Below are positions 47,490 to 57,172 of a DNA stretch of 62,221 bases, in pieces; the first letter of the stretch is position 1; every line of letters starts with the position of its first letter. Source of the stretch: Candidatus Poribacteria bacterium (lineage in GTDB: Bacteria; Poribacteria; WGA-4E; WGA-3G); NCBI GenBank assembly GCA_012271015.1, contig JAAXHD010000427.1, positions 1 to 62,221 of the forward strand, in the 5' to 3' direction. A program made the position numbers and the translations under genes. The notes beneath the pieces are model-generated. The model was not told the DNA's origin, made no database searches, and was given only the letters and a program-made list of their open reading frames with translations.

Positions 47490-48155
47490 GTGTCTTTAAA
47501 ACAACGTATCCATAATAAAGAAGCGATTAACATTGCATCCGGTGTCTCGTTCGGCTGCACCCGCGACGAGATGGAGGCGGTTCTCGGTCAGGGCAACTAC
47601 GATTTGATCAGTACCGACCATCAGCACGGTGCCGCGAATGAAGATAAACTTGTTGAATATTGTGCTATGGCGAGTGAATTCGATGTAGGCGTGCAGCTTC
47701 GCATCAAACACACGCGCAACGCGTATCTCATCGGCAATCTGTTAGATCTCGGTCCCCAGGCGATTGTCGTGCCACAGGTCGAGAGCGTTGAAACGGTGGA
47801 CGAAGCAATCGATTTTTTCTACTATCCTCAGAAGGGAAAACGGAGTTGGGGTCCCAGCAGTGCTTACGGCATAAAACAGGGCTTGGACCGCCTTGAGTAC
47901 GCCGAGTGGTGGAACAATACCGGCATTCTCATCTTACAGATCGAATCTGTGGATGCCGTGATTAACGTCAGCAAATTCGCGAAACCCGGCGTGGATATGG
48001 TAACCTTCGGTGAGAATGACCTGAATTTTAGTATAGAATCGTATCCGAGTTCCCCATTTAAAAATCTTCAGGAGTGCATTGCACACGTGCAAACACAGCT
48101 CGCAGATACCCACGTCAAGGTAGGTGCGGGGCATACACCGTCAGGGCGGTTGTAG
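47490..48155 (+). CDS. HpcH/HpaI-family aldolase
   Basis: DHQHG..., LRIKH..., IVVPQVESVETVDEAI pattern. GTG 47490 is preceded by AAGGAGG (47474-47480). The track ATG 47448 overlaps the -10 box. Confidence 0.8.
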   Translation: MSLKQRIHNKEAINIASGVSFGCTRDEMEAVLGQGNYDLISTDHQHGAANEDKLVEYCAMASEFDVGVQLRIKHTRNAYLIGNLLDLGPQAIVVPQVESVETVDEAIDFFYYPQKGKRSWGPSSAYGIKQGLDRLEYAEWWNNTGILILQIESVDAVINVSKFAKPGVDMVTFGENDLNFSIESYPSSPFKNLQECIAHVQTQLADTHVKVGAGHTPSGRL

Positions 48156-48241
48156 GAGTAAAGTCTAATTCTCCGTGGGAGGGGTTTTTAACCCCGATTG
48201 CATGAACTTTAGGCAATTTAATCCTGAGAAGGAGTGTTATA

Positions 48242-49486
48242 ATGTCAAAACGAATTAAAATCGGGATTATTGGATGCGGTATGGTAGCCGGTTCACATGT
48301 CAATGGGTATCTTGACCATCCACAGCATGCCGAAATCGTTGCTGTTTGCGATACGGTGGAAGCGAATGTAAAGCGCCGACATGCGGAAGCCCTTTCTGGT
48401 GCTGCATCGCGCGCGGAAGCCGCAAAAGCCGACGCAGAAAAGGCAGATACAACGGAAGCACGCGAGCAGTTGGAGGCAGACGCTGCTCTCTGGTCAGAAT
48501 ATAGCGACAACGGTGTCAAAATCTTTAGCGACTACAACGAAATGTTGAGGGACTGTGATTTAGACGCCGTCAGCCTTGCCCTACCACCGTTTGTCCATGA
48601 GCCTGCCACCGTCGCAGCCGCTCAGGCCGGAAAGCACGTCTTCTGCGAAAAACCGATGGCGCGCACCGCAACAGAGGCGAGAAATATGCGGGATGCCTGT
48701 GATGCCGCTGGCGTTAAACTCGCATACCAGAGCGGCGGTACATGCCTTGATCCGACAAGTTTCGCCATTCGGGACTATATCACCTCTGGGAAACTCGGTG
48801 ATGTCTATTACGGCAGACTCACCAGTTACCGGGTCCGTGGCAGGCCGAATGTAGATATGTTCGGCTACGGCAGATGGTTCCTCCATTCGGTTTACAGTGG
48901 AGGCGGCACCATATACGACACAGGGGTCTACCTTATCAACCGCTCCATCTATCTGCTCGGTTCACCACAGCCCGCTACTATCAGTGGTATCGCCTACCGC
49001 GGCATGCTTCCTGAATATACGGGTGAGCCCATCAACGACGTTGAGGAACACGTCTCCGTGTTTGTCCGGTTTACAAATGGGATGTCGTTCACGTATGAAA
49101 ACGGTTGGTCGAGCAATATGGCAGGACAACCACAGGGCATCTTCATTTTCGGATCCAAGGGTTCGTTTAGCAACGACAAACTCTTCCTTGAAAACGGGGA
49201 GTGGGATACCGATGACCAGGGCAATCGCAGACGCTATCAAGGCAATCTCGTCGAAACGCCGTTAGAGTTACCAGATAGGTCCATCCCCGATAAGTTCCGT
49301 GATTTCCTTGATGCGTGTAACAGCGATGCGCAGCCTGTCAGCAATGGGGACATCGGTCTGAAGGTTACGGAGATTATGAGTGGTGCACTCTTGTCAGCGA
49401 AACTCGGTCGTGAAGTCAGCGTAGAAGAACTTTATGAATTGGAAGGACTCCGCGCCGAACCGATACCCGGTTGGCATATCCCATAA
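48242..49486 (+). CDS. Gfo/Idh/MocA family oxidoreductase (with Ala/Glu-rich insertion after the Rossmann beta2-alpha region)
   Basis: KIGIIGCGMVAGSHVNGY, VFCEKPMA. Confidence 0.9.
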   Translation: MSKRIKIGIIGCGMVAGSHVNGYLDHPQHAEIVAVCDTVEANVKRRHAEALSGAASRAEAAKADAEKADTTEAREQLEADAALWSEYSDNGVKIFSDYNEMLRDCDLDAVSLALPPFVHEPATVAAAQAGKHVFCEKPMARTATEARNMRDACDAAGVKLAYQSGGTCLDPTSFAIRDYITSGKLGDVYYGRLTSYRVRGRPNVDMFGYGRWFLHSVYSGGGTIYDTGVYLINRSIYLLGSPQPATISGIAYRGMLPEYTGEPINDVEEHVSVFVRFTNGMSFTYENGWSSNMAGQPQGIFIFGSKGSFSNDKLFLENGEWDTDDQGNRRRYQGNLVETPLELPDRSIPDKFRDFLDACNSDAQPVSNGDIGLKVTEIMSGALLSAKLGREVSVEELYELEGLRAEPIPGWHIP

Positions 49487-49623
49487 GAGCGCATTCAGCG
49501 AATTTAATGTTGACAAATTACCCTTCAATCGGGTATGCTTTAAAAGGTGTCGTTGGGTGTGCAGAAGCATGTGTAAGTTGAAATATTATCTTGAAAGAAC
49601 GTGAATGAAACGGAGGATTAGAT

Positions 49624-50472
49624 TTGAAAGGTTTTGAGTTTTTTGAACCTACTACCCTCGCAGAGGCATCTCGGTTATTCGCAGGGGAACACGCGCAGCT
49701 CCTTGCAGGCGGGACAGACCTCGTTATCGGTATGAAAGCACTCACCGAAACGCCGCAGTCCGTGATTAGTTTACAGAAAATTCCGGGATTGGCGGGTGTC
49801 ACTGCCGAAGCCGATGGCAGTATTAGTGTCGGCGCAATGACAAAGGTGCGGGAGATCGAGTTATCAGCAGATATCCAGAAACACCACACTGCACTGGCAG
49901 AAGGTGCCACAGAAATAGGCTCTATCCAGATTCGCAATCTTGCAACTATCGGTGGAAACATTGCGCACGCTTCTCCTGCTGCGGACACTGTTGCCGGTTT
50001 ACTCGTCGCCGATGCGCAGGTCGACATCGCAAGTGCGGATGGTGAGCGTACCGTATCGATTGATGAACTTTTCACGGGACCCGGACAGACCATCTTAGCA
50101 CCCGGTGAGATTATCACACGCTTTCGCCTACCGAATCCTGCGTCTGGCTCCCACTATATTAAGCATAAAATCCGTGAAGTAATGGATCTGGCATTCATCG
50201 GTGTTGCCGCTGCCGTTAATCTCGATAATGGAACAATCACGGATGCCCGAATTGGACTCGCAGCCGTTGCCCCTACGCCAATTCGTGCGACGGCGGCAGA
50301 GAATCTTCTAAGGGGAAATGAACCGACAGCGGAACTCTTGGAACAAGCCGGTGAAGCCGCGGCAGCTGCTTCAAGCCCGATATCTGATTTACGATGCTCC
50401 GCAGAACATCGCAGAGAGATGGTCGATGTACTTACGAGACGAACCTTACAAGAGGCAGTCGCGAGGGTATAA
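49624..50472 (+). CDS. molybdenum hydroxylase FAD-binding subunit (CoxM/XdhB-like)
   Basis: FEFFEPTTLAEA...LLAGGTDL...ATIGGNIAHASPAAD. TTG start 7 nt after GGAGG. Confidence 0.88.
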   Translation: MKGFEFFEPTTLAEASRLFAGEHAQLLAGGTDLVIGMKALTETPQSVISLQKIPGLAGVTAEADGSISVGAMTKVREIELSADIQKHHTALAEGATEIGSIQIRNLATIGGNIAHASPAADTVAGLLVADAQVDIASADGERTVSIDELFTGPGQTILAPGEIITRFRLPNPASGSHYIKHKIREVMDLAFIGVAAAVNLDNGTITDARIGLAAVAPTPIRATAAENLLRGNEPTAELLEQAGEAAAAASSPISDLRCSAEHRREMVDVLTRRTLQEAVARV

Positions 50473-50578
50473 GTTCAATTAATTGTTTTTATTGCTCTCC
50501 TACAATCGGAGCAGAAGCCTGCAAAAACGGTGCAGGCGGCTTCCGGGCAGATAACGCCAAACTATTAACCTACGTTGT

Positions 50579-50743
50579 TTAACCGCAAGGTAAAAATAGT
50601 TGTCAGTTAAGAGGTTTTTGTTAAACCGAAGCGCGTAGCCCGTAACGTAGTGGAGGGGTTTTTGCTGGGGTGTTTCTTCTGATATACGGAGAGGGACTTC
50701 ATTTATCCAACCCACCTGACCGAACCGCAAGGAATAATTAAAA
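50579..50743 (+). repeat. leader-repeat element, full copy (50631-50743) plus partial copy (50579-50598), inside the coxM-coxS spacer
   Basis: gcgcgtagcccgtaacgtagtggaggggtttttgctggggtgtttcttctgatatacggagagggacttcatttatccaacccacctgaccgaaccgcaaggaataattaaaa. Confidence 0.9.
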
Positions 50744-50761
50744 TAAAAAAGGAGAAGAAAT

Positions 50762-51241
50762 ATGGCAAAACACCCTGTCAGTCTAAAGGTTAACGGGGAC
50801 GAATACGATTTACTCATTGAACCGCGCAAAACCCTGTTGGCTGTACTTCGCGATACGATCGGTTTGACGGGAACTAAAGAAGGGTGTAGTACAGGCGACT
50901 GTGGTGCCTGCACCGTTATTGTTGAGGGTCAAGCCGTTACGTCTTGTATGGTGCTCGGTGTCACCGCTTCCGAAAAAGAGATTACCACTATTGAAGGTTT
51001 AGCCAGTGACGGTGAACTCCATCCTGTTCAACAGGCGTTTATTAACACAGGCGGCTATCAATGTGGTTTTTGTACCCCCGGTTTCATCATGGCGTCGAAA
51101 GCACTCTTGGACGAAAATCCGGACAGAACTGAAGAAGAATTCAGGCACGCACTCGGTGGGAATATCTGCCGTTGCACCGGGTACACAAAAATTCTTGAAG
51201 CAATTTTGAATGCCGCGGAAGAAGTCAAAACATCTGCATAA
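50762..51241 (+). CDS. molybdenum hydroxylase [2Fe-2S] small subunit (CoxS/XdhC-type ferredoxin subunit)
   Basis: GCSTGDCGACTV and CGFCTPG...CRCTGY cluster motifs. Confidence 0.93.
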   Translation: MAKHPVSLKVNGDEYDLLIEPRKTLLAVLRDTIGLTGTKEGCSTGDCGACTVIVEGQAVTSCMVLGVTASEKEITTIEGLASDGELHPVQQAFINTGGYQCGFCTPGFIMASKALLDENPDRTEEEFRHALGGNICRCTGYTKILEAILNAAEEVKTSA

Positions 51242-51248
51242 AAGTTAT

Positions 51249-51335
51249 CGGCGGTCAGCGGTCAGCGGTCAGCAAGAAGACGTATCTTCACCAGAAACCT
51301 CTTTGCTGATGGCTGATAACCGACAGCCGACAGCC
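51249..51335. repeat. heptamer-array hairpin element in the coxS-coxL spacer
   Basis: cggcggtcagcggtcagcggtcagc (51249-51273) versus gctgatggctgataaccgacagccgacagcc (51305-51335). Confidence 0.85.
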
Positions 51336-51354
51336 ATGAAAAAAGGAGAATTAG

Positions 51355-53652
51355 ATGTCAGAATATACTGTTGTTGGACAAAAGGTTGCCCGCGTTGATG
51401 CTGTTGAAAAGGTAACGGGTGCCGCCCAATACGGTGCCGATGTTCATCCGCCCGGTATGCTCTACGGCAAAATCGTCCGCAGTAAACATCCCCACGCCAA
51501 CATACTCAGTATTGACACCAGCGAAGCCGAAAAACTTCCGGGTGTCCGGGCGATTGTTACGCAAGACGACGTGCCAAGCGGTAGAAGAGTTTTCGCAACG
51601 GATAAGGTGCTTTACTTAGGCGAACCGCTTGCTGCCGTTGCGGCAACCGATCCCGATATTGCCGAGGAAGCCGCTGAACTCGTTAAGATTGAATACGAAG
51701 TGCTACCGGTTGTGCAAGATGTTATGGAAGCGATTCAGCCATCAGCACCACGCTTGCAAGGTGATGCCACAAAGGATGGTCCCAATCGCCGGGAAATCAG
51801 CACACAAATCCGGAGACTCACTCGTGATAAGGAAAACGATCACAGCGACGAAATCAGCAAGCTTGAGGCGGCATTAGAGGATTACCCGGATGAGGTTTAC
51901 TATAACATCTCTGCCGAAAGCCACTCCGAAGCGGGTGATGTTGAGAAAGGGTTCGCTGAATCTGATATCGTTGTTGAAGATACCTATGTGATTCCGAGAG
52001 TCCACCAAACTTACATGGAGCCACACGTCTCTGTCGCCAGCGCGGACTCATCCGGCAAAGTCACTGTTTGGGCATCCACGCAAGGTCCGTTCGCTATCCG
52101 TTCGGGTATCGCTGGGACGCTCGGTATTCCATTGACGCAAATTAATGTCATCGGTACAACAATGGGCGGTGGTTTTGGTGGACGTTTTGGCGTTATTATT
52201 ACACACGTTCCAGCCGTATTGCTTTCGCAAAAAACAGGGCGTCCCGTCCGTGTCCAGATGACGCGTGAAGAGGAATTCATTGATGGTAGACCCGCACCCG
52301 GATGTGTTATTAAAATCAAGACAGGTGCCACGAAAGACGGGCGTCTTATGGCACGGGAAGCACTCGCTTTTTGGGATTCCGGTTCTGTCTCCGGTGCATC
52401 GATCGGTAGCACGATTCGAGTCCGTGGAGTCTACAAAATTCCGAATCTCAAGGTAGACGCTTATGGTGTTCACACCAATAAATCTGGTACTGCTGCCTAC
52501 AGAGCACCCGGTGCCCCGCAAGCCATTTTCGCAGGTGAGTCCCAGCTCGACGAAATTGCTGAACGCATCGGTATGGATCCCGTTAAATTCCGTCTGATGA
52601 ATATGCGCGAAGAAGGTGACCTTGTCCCCGCAGGTGCTGCGGAACCCAAAGTGGGTTACAAAGAAACTTTGGAAGCGGTCGCTGATGCCGCTGGATGGTG
52701 GGATCGGGAAGCGGGTGAAAACCAAGGATGGGGCGTTGCTGTTGGGGATTGGACAAACGGTTGCGGACCGGGTGGTGTTTATGTTTCTGTCCATGAAGAC
52801 GGGAGTGTTCGTATCTTCCATGGATCTATGGACATCACTGGAACGGATACCGCGATTTCACAGATTATCGCCGAGATCCTGACAGTGCCGTATGAAAGCG
52901 TTACAATTCGGCGCGGTGATACAGATTCCGCTCCGTACTCTACCGGTTCCGGTGGAAGTGTCGTTACCTTCACAATGGGCAACACCGCAAAATTGGCGGC
53001 TGAAGATGCACACCGACGGATTCTCGAACTCGCCTCAGAGCGTCTCAATATGAGTGTGGACAACCTTGAACTCAAGGATGGAGGGGTCCATGTTGTTTCC
53101 GCAGATCCGCCGAAATCCATTTCGTTGGGTGAACTTGCTGCGTATAGTTTGTCCACAACCGGTGGTCCTATCGTTGGAAAGGGTTCCTTCGCTCGACAAC
53201 CAAGCACACCGGCACTCGCGGCGCAGATCGCGAAAGTCGAAGTAGACCCGGGCACCGGCAGAACGAGAGTCCTCAAACTTGTCGCTTCGCAAGATGTCGG
53301 CTACGCCATCAACCCGATGGCTGTTGAAGGGCAAATCGAAGGTGGCACAGTGCAAGGGTATGCATGGGCAATGATGGAAGAGATGCAGTACGGCGAAAAC
53401 GGTAACATCAATCCGGGTTTTGTCGATTACCGCGTCCCAACCTCAGCAGACCTCCCAACGGTCGAGTCTGTCATTGTTGAAGTGCCCGCACCCAACGGTC
53501 CCTATGGTGCGAAAGGTGTTGGTGAACCGCCTATCACGCCGACATTGGCGACGATGGCAAACGCCGTCAAAGATGCCATCGGTGTGCGGATTAGTGAATT
53601 GCCGATCAAACCGGAGAAAGTTGTTGAAGCGTTGAAGGGTAATGGACACTAA
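51355..53652 (+). CDS. molybdopterin-binding large subunit of xanthine dehydrogenase/aldehyde oxidase/CoxL family
   Basis: Full-length similarity (VTGAAQYGADV..., AAYRAPGAPQ, GVGEPPITP). Substrate not assignable. Confidence 0.92.
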   Translation: MSEYTVVGQKVARVDAVEKVTGAAQYGADVHPPGMLYGKIVRSKHPHANILSIDTSEAEKLPGVRAIVTQDDVPSGRRVFATDKVLYLGEPLAAVAATDPDIAEEAAELVKIEYEVLPVVQDVMEAIQPSAPRLQGDATKDGPNRREISTQIRRLTRDKENDHSDEISKLEAALEDYPDEVYYNISAESHSEAGDVEKGFAESDIVVEDTYVIPRVHQTYMEPHVSVASADSSGKVTVWASTQGPFAIRSGIAGTLGIPLTQINVIGTTMGGGFGGRFGVIITHVPAVLLSQKTGRPVRVQMTREEEFIDGRPAPGCVIKIKTGATKDGRLMAREALAFWDSGSVSGASIGSTIRVRGVYKIPNLKVDAYGVHTNKSGTAAYRAPGAPQAIFAGESQLDEIAERIGMDPVKFRLMNMREEGDLVPAGAAEPKVGYKETLEAVADAAGWWDREAGENQGWGVAVGDWTNGCGPGGVYVSVHEDGSVRIFHGSMDITGTDTAISQIIAEILTVPYESVTIRRGDTDSAPYSTGSGGSVVTFTMGNTAKLAAEDAHRRILELASERLNMSVDNLELKDGGVHVVSADPPKSISLGELAAYSLSTTGGPIVGKGSFARQPSTPALAAQIAKVEVDPGTGRTRVLKLVASQDVGYAINPMAVEGQIEGGTVQGYAWAMMEEMQYGENGNINPGFVDYRVPTSADLPTVESVIVEVPAPNGPYGAKGVGEPPITPTLATMANAVKDAIGVRISELPIKPEKVVEALKGNGH

Positions 53653-53750
53653 TCCGCTATCCGTCTTGTAAAGTGACGAAAATTAGCAGTAGCGTGGCTT
53701 CTCGCGCTGCTGCTAATGTGTTTGAAATGATGTCATGATACATAACACTG

Positions 53751-53972
53751 ATGAACAAGCGACACAGAAGAATATTTGAAGCCATCTTTGCACAACCAAT
53801 CTCGGGCAACATCAAATGGAGGGATGTAGAATCTTTGCTAAGAACCTTAGGGGCTGTCCTGACAGAACGTGCAGGTTCGAGGGTCTCTGTATCGCTTAAT
53901 GATCACGTTATCGTGTTTCATAGACCACACCCAAGTCCGAATATGGATAAAGGTGCAGTCAGGGATCTATGA
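53751..53972 (+). CDS. hicA: HicA-family mRNA interferase toxin
   Basis: IKWRDVESLLRTLGAVLTERAGSRVSV...VFHRPHP pattern. 4-nt ATGA overlap with the next gene. Confidence 0.75.
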   Translation: MNKRHRRIFEAIFAQPISGNIKWRDVESLLRTLGAVLTERAGSRVSVSLNDHVIVFHRPHPSPNMDKGAVRDL

Positions 53973-54331
53973 AGGTTTCTCCAAAGGACAGGGATTACAC
54001 TATGATCGAGTACAAAGGTTATATCGGAGTCGTTGATTTTGATCCAGAAATAGACCTCTTCCATGGAACTGTGATCAATACACAAGATGTAATTACATTC
54101 TATGGCGCATCCGTAACCGAACTTCGGGCAGAGATGCAGAAGTCACTTGAGGTTTACTTTGAAGTCTGCGAAGAACAAGGAAAAATACCAGATAAACCTT
54201 TCTCAGGGACACTCACGATCGAAACAACCCCTGAGTTGTACAGTCGGATTGCATTGAACGCAGCGCGTCGTCAATTAGAAATAGATGTCTACCTTCAAGA
54301 AGTCTTAGAGAAGGTTGTTTCGGCAGATTAG
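53969..54331 (+). CDS. hicB: HicB-family antitoxin
   Basis: YKGYIGVVDFDPEIDLFHGTVINTQDVITFYGASVTELRAEMQKSLEVYFE... followed by an RHH-like tail. Confidence 0.8.
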   Translation: MKVSPKDRDYTMIEYKGYIGVVDFDPEIDLFHGTVINTQDVITFYGASVTELRAEMQKSLEVYFEVCEEQGKIPDKPFSGTLTIETTPELYSRIALNAARRQLEIDVYLQEVLEKVVSAD

Positions 54332-54468
54332 TACAATTTCCGTTGAAGTTGGGGAACCTCACTGGCAACCCATCCCTATTTAACCGAAAATCTGCCTGAA
54401 ACATTGTCCCGCAAGCCTCTATAGGAAATCTGCGCAAGCAAGACAGCCCAGGAGCTATAAATTAAAAA

Positions 54469-55185
54469 ATGTTTGGTGAAATTAGAAATGGACACGGTGA
54501 ACGCCTCGATTACTCCTTTCATGAAGGCGAAGGCGATAGAATAGTAGTGATTGGACACGGGGTCACCGGCAACAAGGACAGACCTGCGCTTGTCGCTTTA
54601 GCAGAGGGACTCGCTGCTGCTGGTATTTCTGCACTGCGCTTCTCCTTCTCCGGCAACGGTGGATCGGATGGGGCATTTACAGATTCCACGATCACAAAAG
54701 AGGTAGCAGACCTTGGAAACGTCATTGACGCGCTTGATGGGTACAACGTCTGCTACGTCGGGCATAGCATGGGGGGTGCGGTTGGTGTGCTGCGTGCCGC
54801 CACCGATGAACGCATCCAACTGCTGGTTTCGCTCGCGGGGATGGTACACACGAAAGCGTTTGCACAACGTGAATTCGGTGATGTCACACCCGATGAAGGC
54901 TTTATGTGGGATGAACCGGATTGTCCGCTCTCACAGGCGTATGTAGATGACATGGCAACGATTGACAGTGTCGCAAAAAGCGCAAGTAAATTTGCGGTTC
55001 CGTGGCTTTTGGTTCACGGCACAGAGGACGATATCGTTCCACCTGAAGATAGCCACGACATCCTGCAGTACGCAAACGAAGATACGGAGCTTCTCGAACT
55101 ACCGGGCGTGGACCACGTTTTTTCTGGTGATTCCACGGCAGTTATGGTCGAAAAAGTCGTCGCATGGATTGACCAAAAGTTATGA
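54469..55185 (+). CDS. alpha/beta hydrolase
   Basis: GHSMGG nucleophile elbow and a C-terminal HG...D / DH pattern. Confidence 0.85.
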   Translation: MFGEIRNGHGERLDYSFHEGEGDRIVVIGHGVTGNKDRPALVALAEGLAAAGISALRFSFSGNGGSDGAFTDSTITKEVADLGNVIDALDGYNVCYVGHSMGGAVGVLRAATDERIQLLVSLAGMVHTKAFAQREFGDVTPDEGFMWDEPDCPLSQAYVDDMATIDSVAKSASKFAVPWLLVHGTEDDIVPPEDSHDILQYANEDTELLELPGVDHVFSGDSTAVMVEKVVAWIDQKL

Positions 55186-55194
55186 TTGAATAAA

Positions 55195-56376
55195 ATGAGT
55201 CAAGCACATTTAGGGTATGAGAGCAGAGTGAATTTGGGTAGTTACTATACTCCCACTGAAATTGTGAATATAGCGTGGGAGATGATTGCGCCTTATGTGC
55301 ATTCACAGACCTTTATTATTGATAGTGCCTGTGGGTACGGAGATTTTCTGAAAAAAAATTGTGGGCAGTGTATCACAATTGGATGTGATATAGATGAAAC
55401 TGCAATCAATGTAGCGAAAAAAAACAACGATAAAGTTTGGTTTTTTCAAACGAACGCTTTATACAATGTATCAAGAGCAAAATTCGCTATTCCTCAGCGT
55501 TCCAATTTGATAGTCGTTGGAAACCCACCCTATAATGATAAAACATCTCTTATTCGTCACAGTATCAAAAGTATTGATTTTGACATTGATGAAGATATAG
55601 CAAGTCGGGACTTAGGGATATCATTTCTCCGTTCCTACAATAAACTCGAAGCAGACCTTATTTGTGTATTGCATCCATTATCCTATTTAATAAAGCCTAC
55701 CAATTTTAGACGATTAAAGGAGTTCACTGCAAATTACAGATTGATAGATGGGCTATTAATCAGTAGTTGTGAATTCCCCGAATCGGCGAAACGGACGCCT
55801 TTTCCAATTATCATTGCCTTGTATCGGCGTGACACCCTGGGAATGGAATACAGTTTTATACGTTCCTTCCGATTTAGAGCAATAGACGGTCTACATTTCT
55901 GTCTTAATGATTTTGATTATGTTACTAGTTACATTGATAAATATCCGAAGAAGAATCGCTCGACATCTGATGATTCCTTATTTTCATCAGTAGAGGGAGG
56001 GGACCATAGCTCTGAAAAAGACGATTCTCTATTTTTTTGGACACTGCGAGACATCAACGCGCTAAAAAGGAATCGCACTTTTGTCGAAAGTTATAGCGCG
56101 AATACGATTGTAATTGACAAGCGAAAATTAGAGTATTACGCATACATAGATGTGTTCAAAAGGAACCTGCATAGACTTCCTTTCTATTTTGGTAATTGTG
56201 ATGTTCTTATAGATGATAATCTATTCAGAGAATATAAATCCTGTTTCATCAGCGATACTATTAGACATCATCCATTTCTGGAAAAGCACTTTCAAGTAAA
56301 TCTGGTGGAGAAGGAGCAGGTGGAGTCTAAACTTGATATTTATTTCAAAAAACTATTAGGAAAATATCATGTTTGA
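55195..56376 (+). CDS. gamma-class N6-adenine DNA methyltransferase (TaqI/Eco57I-like), in a low-GC islet
   Basis: GSYYTPTEIV, IIDSACGYGDFL (AdoMet motif I) and VVGNPPYN (motif IV). The C-terminal half could be the target-recognition domain. Visibly AT-rich relative to the flanks. Confidence 0.8.
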   Translation: MSQAHLGYESRVNLGSYYTPTEIVNIAWEMIAPYVHSQTFIIDSACGYGDFLKKNCGQCITIGCDIDETAINVAKKNNDKVWFFQTNALYNVSRAKFAIPQRSNLIVVGNPPYNDKTSLIRHSIKSIDFDIDEDIASRDLGISFLRSYNKLEADLICVLHPLSYLIKPTNFRRLKEFTANYRLIDGLLISSCEFPESAKRTPFPIIIALYRRDTLGMEYSFIRSFRFRAIDGLHFCLNDFDYVTSYIDKYPKKNRSTSDDSLFSSVEGGDHSSEKDDSLFFWTLRDINALKRNRTFVESYSANTIVIDKRKLEYYAYIDVFKRNLHRLPFYFGNCDVLIDDNLFREYKSCFISDTIRHHPFLEKHFQVNLVEKEQVESKLDIYFKKLLGKYHV

Positions 56377-56752
56377 TGAAAAGAACAAGAGAATTCTTGT
56401 AGATATTCCCCTCACAACACCTACAGGAAAAATAAGAATTAAGTCAAGAAGCATGTTTTATGAGTATGGCGCGCCGCATGCTACCAGAACAGAACCTTTC
56501 ACCCAAAACAATTATGTTGAGTGGCAAATAGGTTATGATTTGGAGGACAAGCAAAAGGACAAGTCTAGCTTGCCTCATATATCGTTTAGTGCGTATAACC
56601 GTACAAAGAAGGTGCTATATGAGTTATCTGAATATTTGTATTATTTTTCTTCTTGGGGTATGATTACTTCTTCAGAATTAAAAGGGACTCTTGAGTCTTT
56701 ATCTAAGCTGGAGGAGAAAACTTACTCTCTAATCATCCGGATTGCCAGATAA
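56369..56752 (+). CDS. hypothetical protein (127 aa), overlaps the methyltransferase stop by 8 nt
   Basis: AT-rich ORF in the islet, with no recognisable motif. Confidence 0.45.
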   Translation: MFDEKNKRILVDIPLTTPTGKIRIKSRSMFYEYGAPHATRTEPFTQNNYVEWQIGYDLEDKQKDKSSLPHISFSAYNRTKKVLYELSEYLYYFSSWGMITSSELKGTLESLSKLEEKTYSLIIRIAR

Positions 56753-56802
56753 CGAGAACACATCCTGTTGAGAAACAAATCAATAATACTACATTTTTCG
56801 GG

Positions 56803-57108
56803 ATGACGCTGAAGTATCCGCAACTCGTTTATAAATTTGGGAAATATGAAATTATTGCTGAGATTACTATTCGAGAAAAGCAAAGAGCAATTGGCATCCA
56901 ACCAATGCTTTATTTGTGTTTTCCAATAACAGAACTTCGGGCAAGTGAAAACCTAATTGGTCGTATCGCACGAATAAAAGAAACAGCGCAATTTGTAATA
57001 GATAAGACTAACTACAAGATAGTTCCTGAGATGGTGAAAATATTCGGGATGCTTAGCCCTTCACACCATAAGGATATTCTTGAGATACTAAAATCTATAC
57101 TCACATAA
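56803..57108 (+). CDS. hypothetical protein (101 aa); may be the frameshifted continuation of 56369-56752
   Basis: Its reading frame is open back to 56707, overlapping the end of the previous ORF. Confidence 0.4.
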   Translation: MTLKYPQLVYKFGKYEIIAEITIREKQRAIGIQPMLYLCFPITELRASENLIGRIARIKETAQFVIDKTNYKIVPEMVKIFGMLSPSHHKDILEILKSILT

Positions 57109-57172
57109 GCCCATTTTAAGTATCCATATAATGGCACAACGGAGTGTGCCTACTACTTTGGAGAAGTAAACT

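Noticed and set aside
52048-52821. Long antisense ORFs inside well-supported genes
   Set aside because: Examples are 52048-52821, 52779-53276, 49518-50117, 30371-30847, 19630-20223 and 6235-6672. They are typical shadow ORFs opposite strongly coding frames, with no SD and no recognisable domains.
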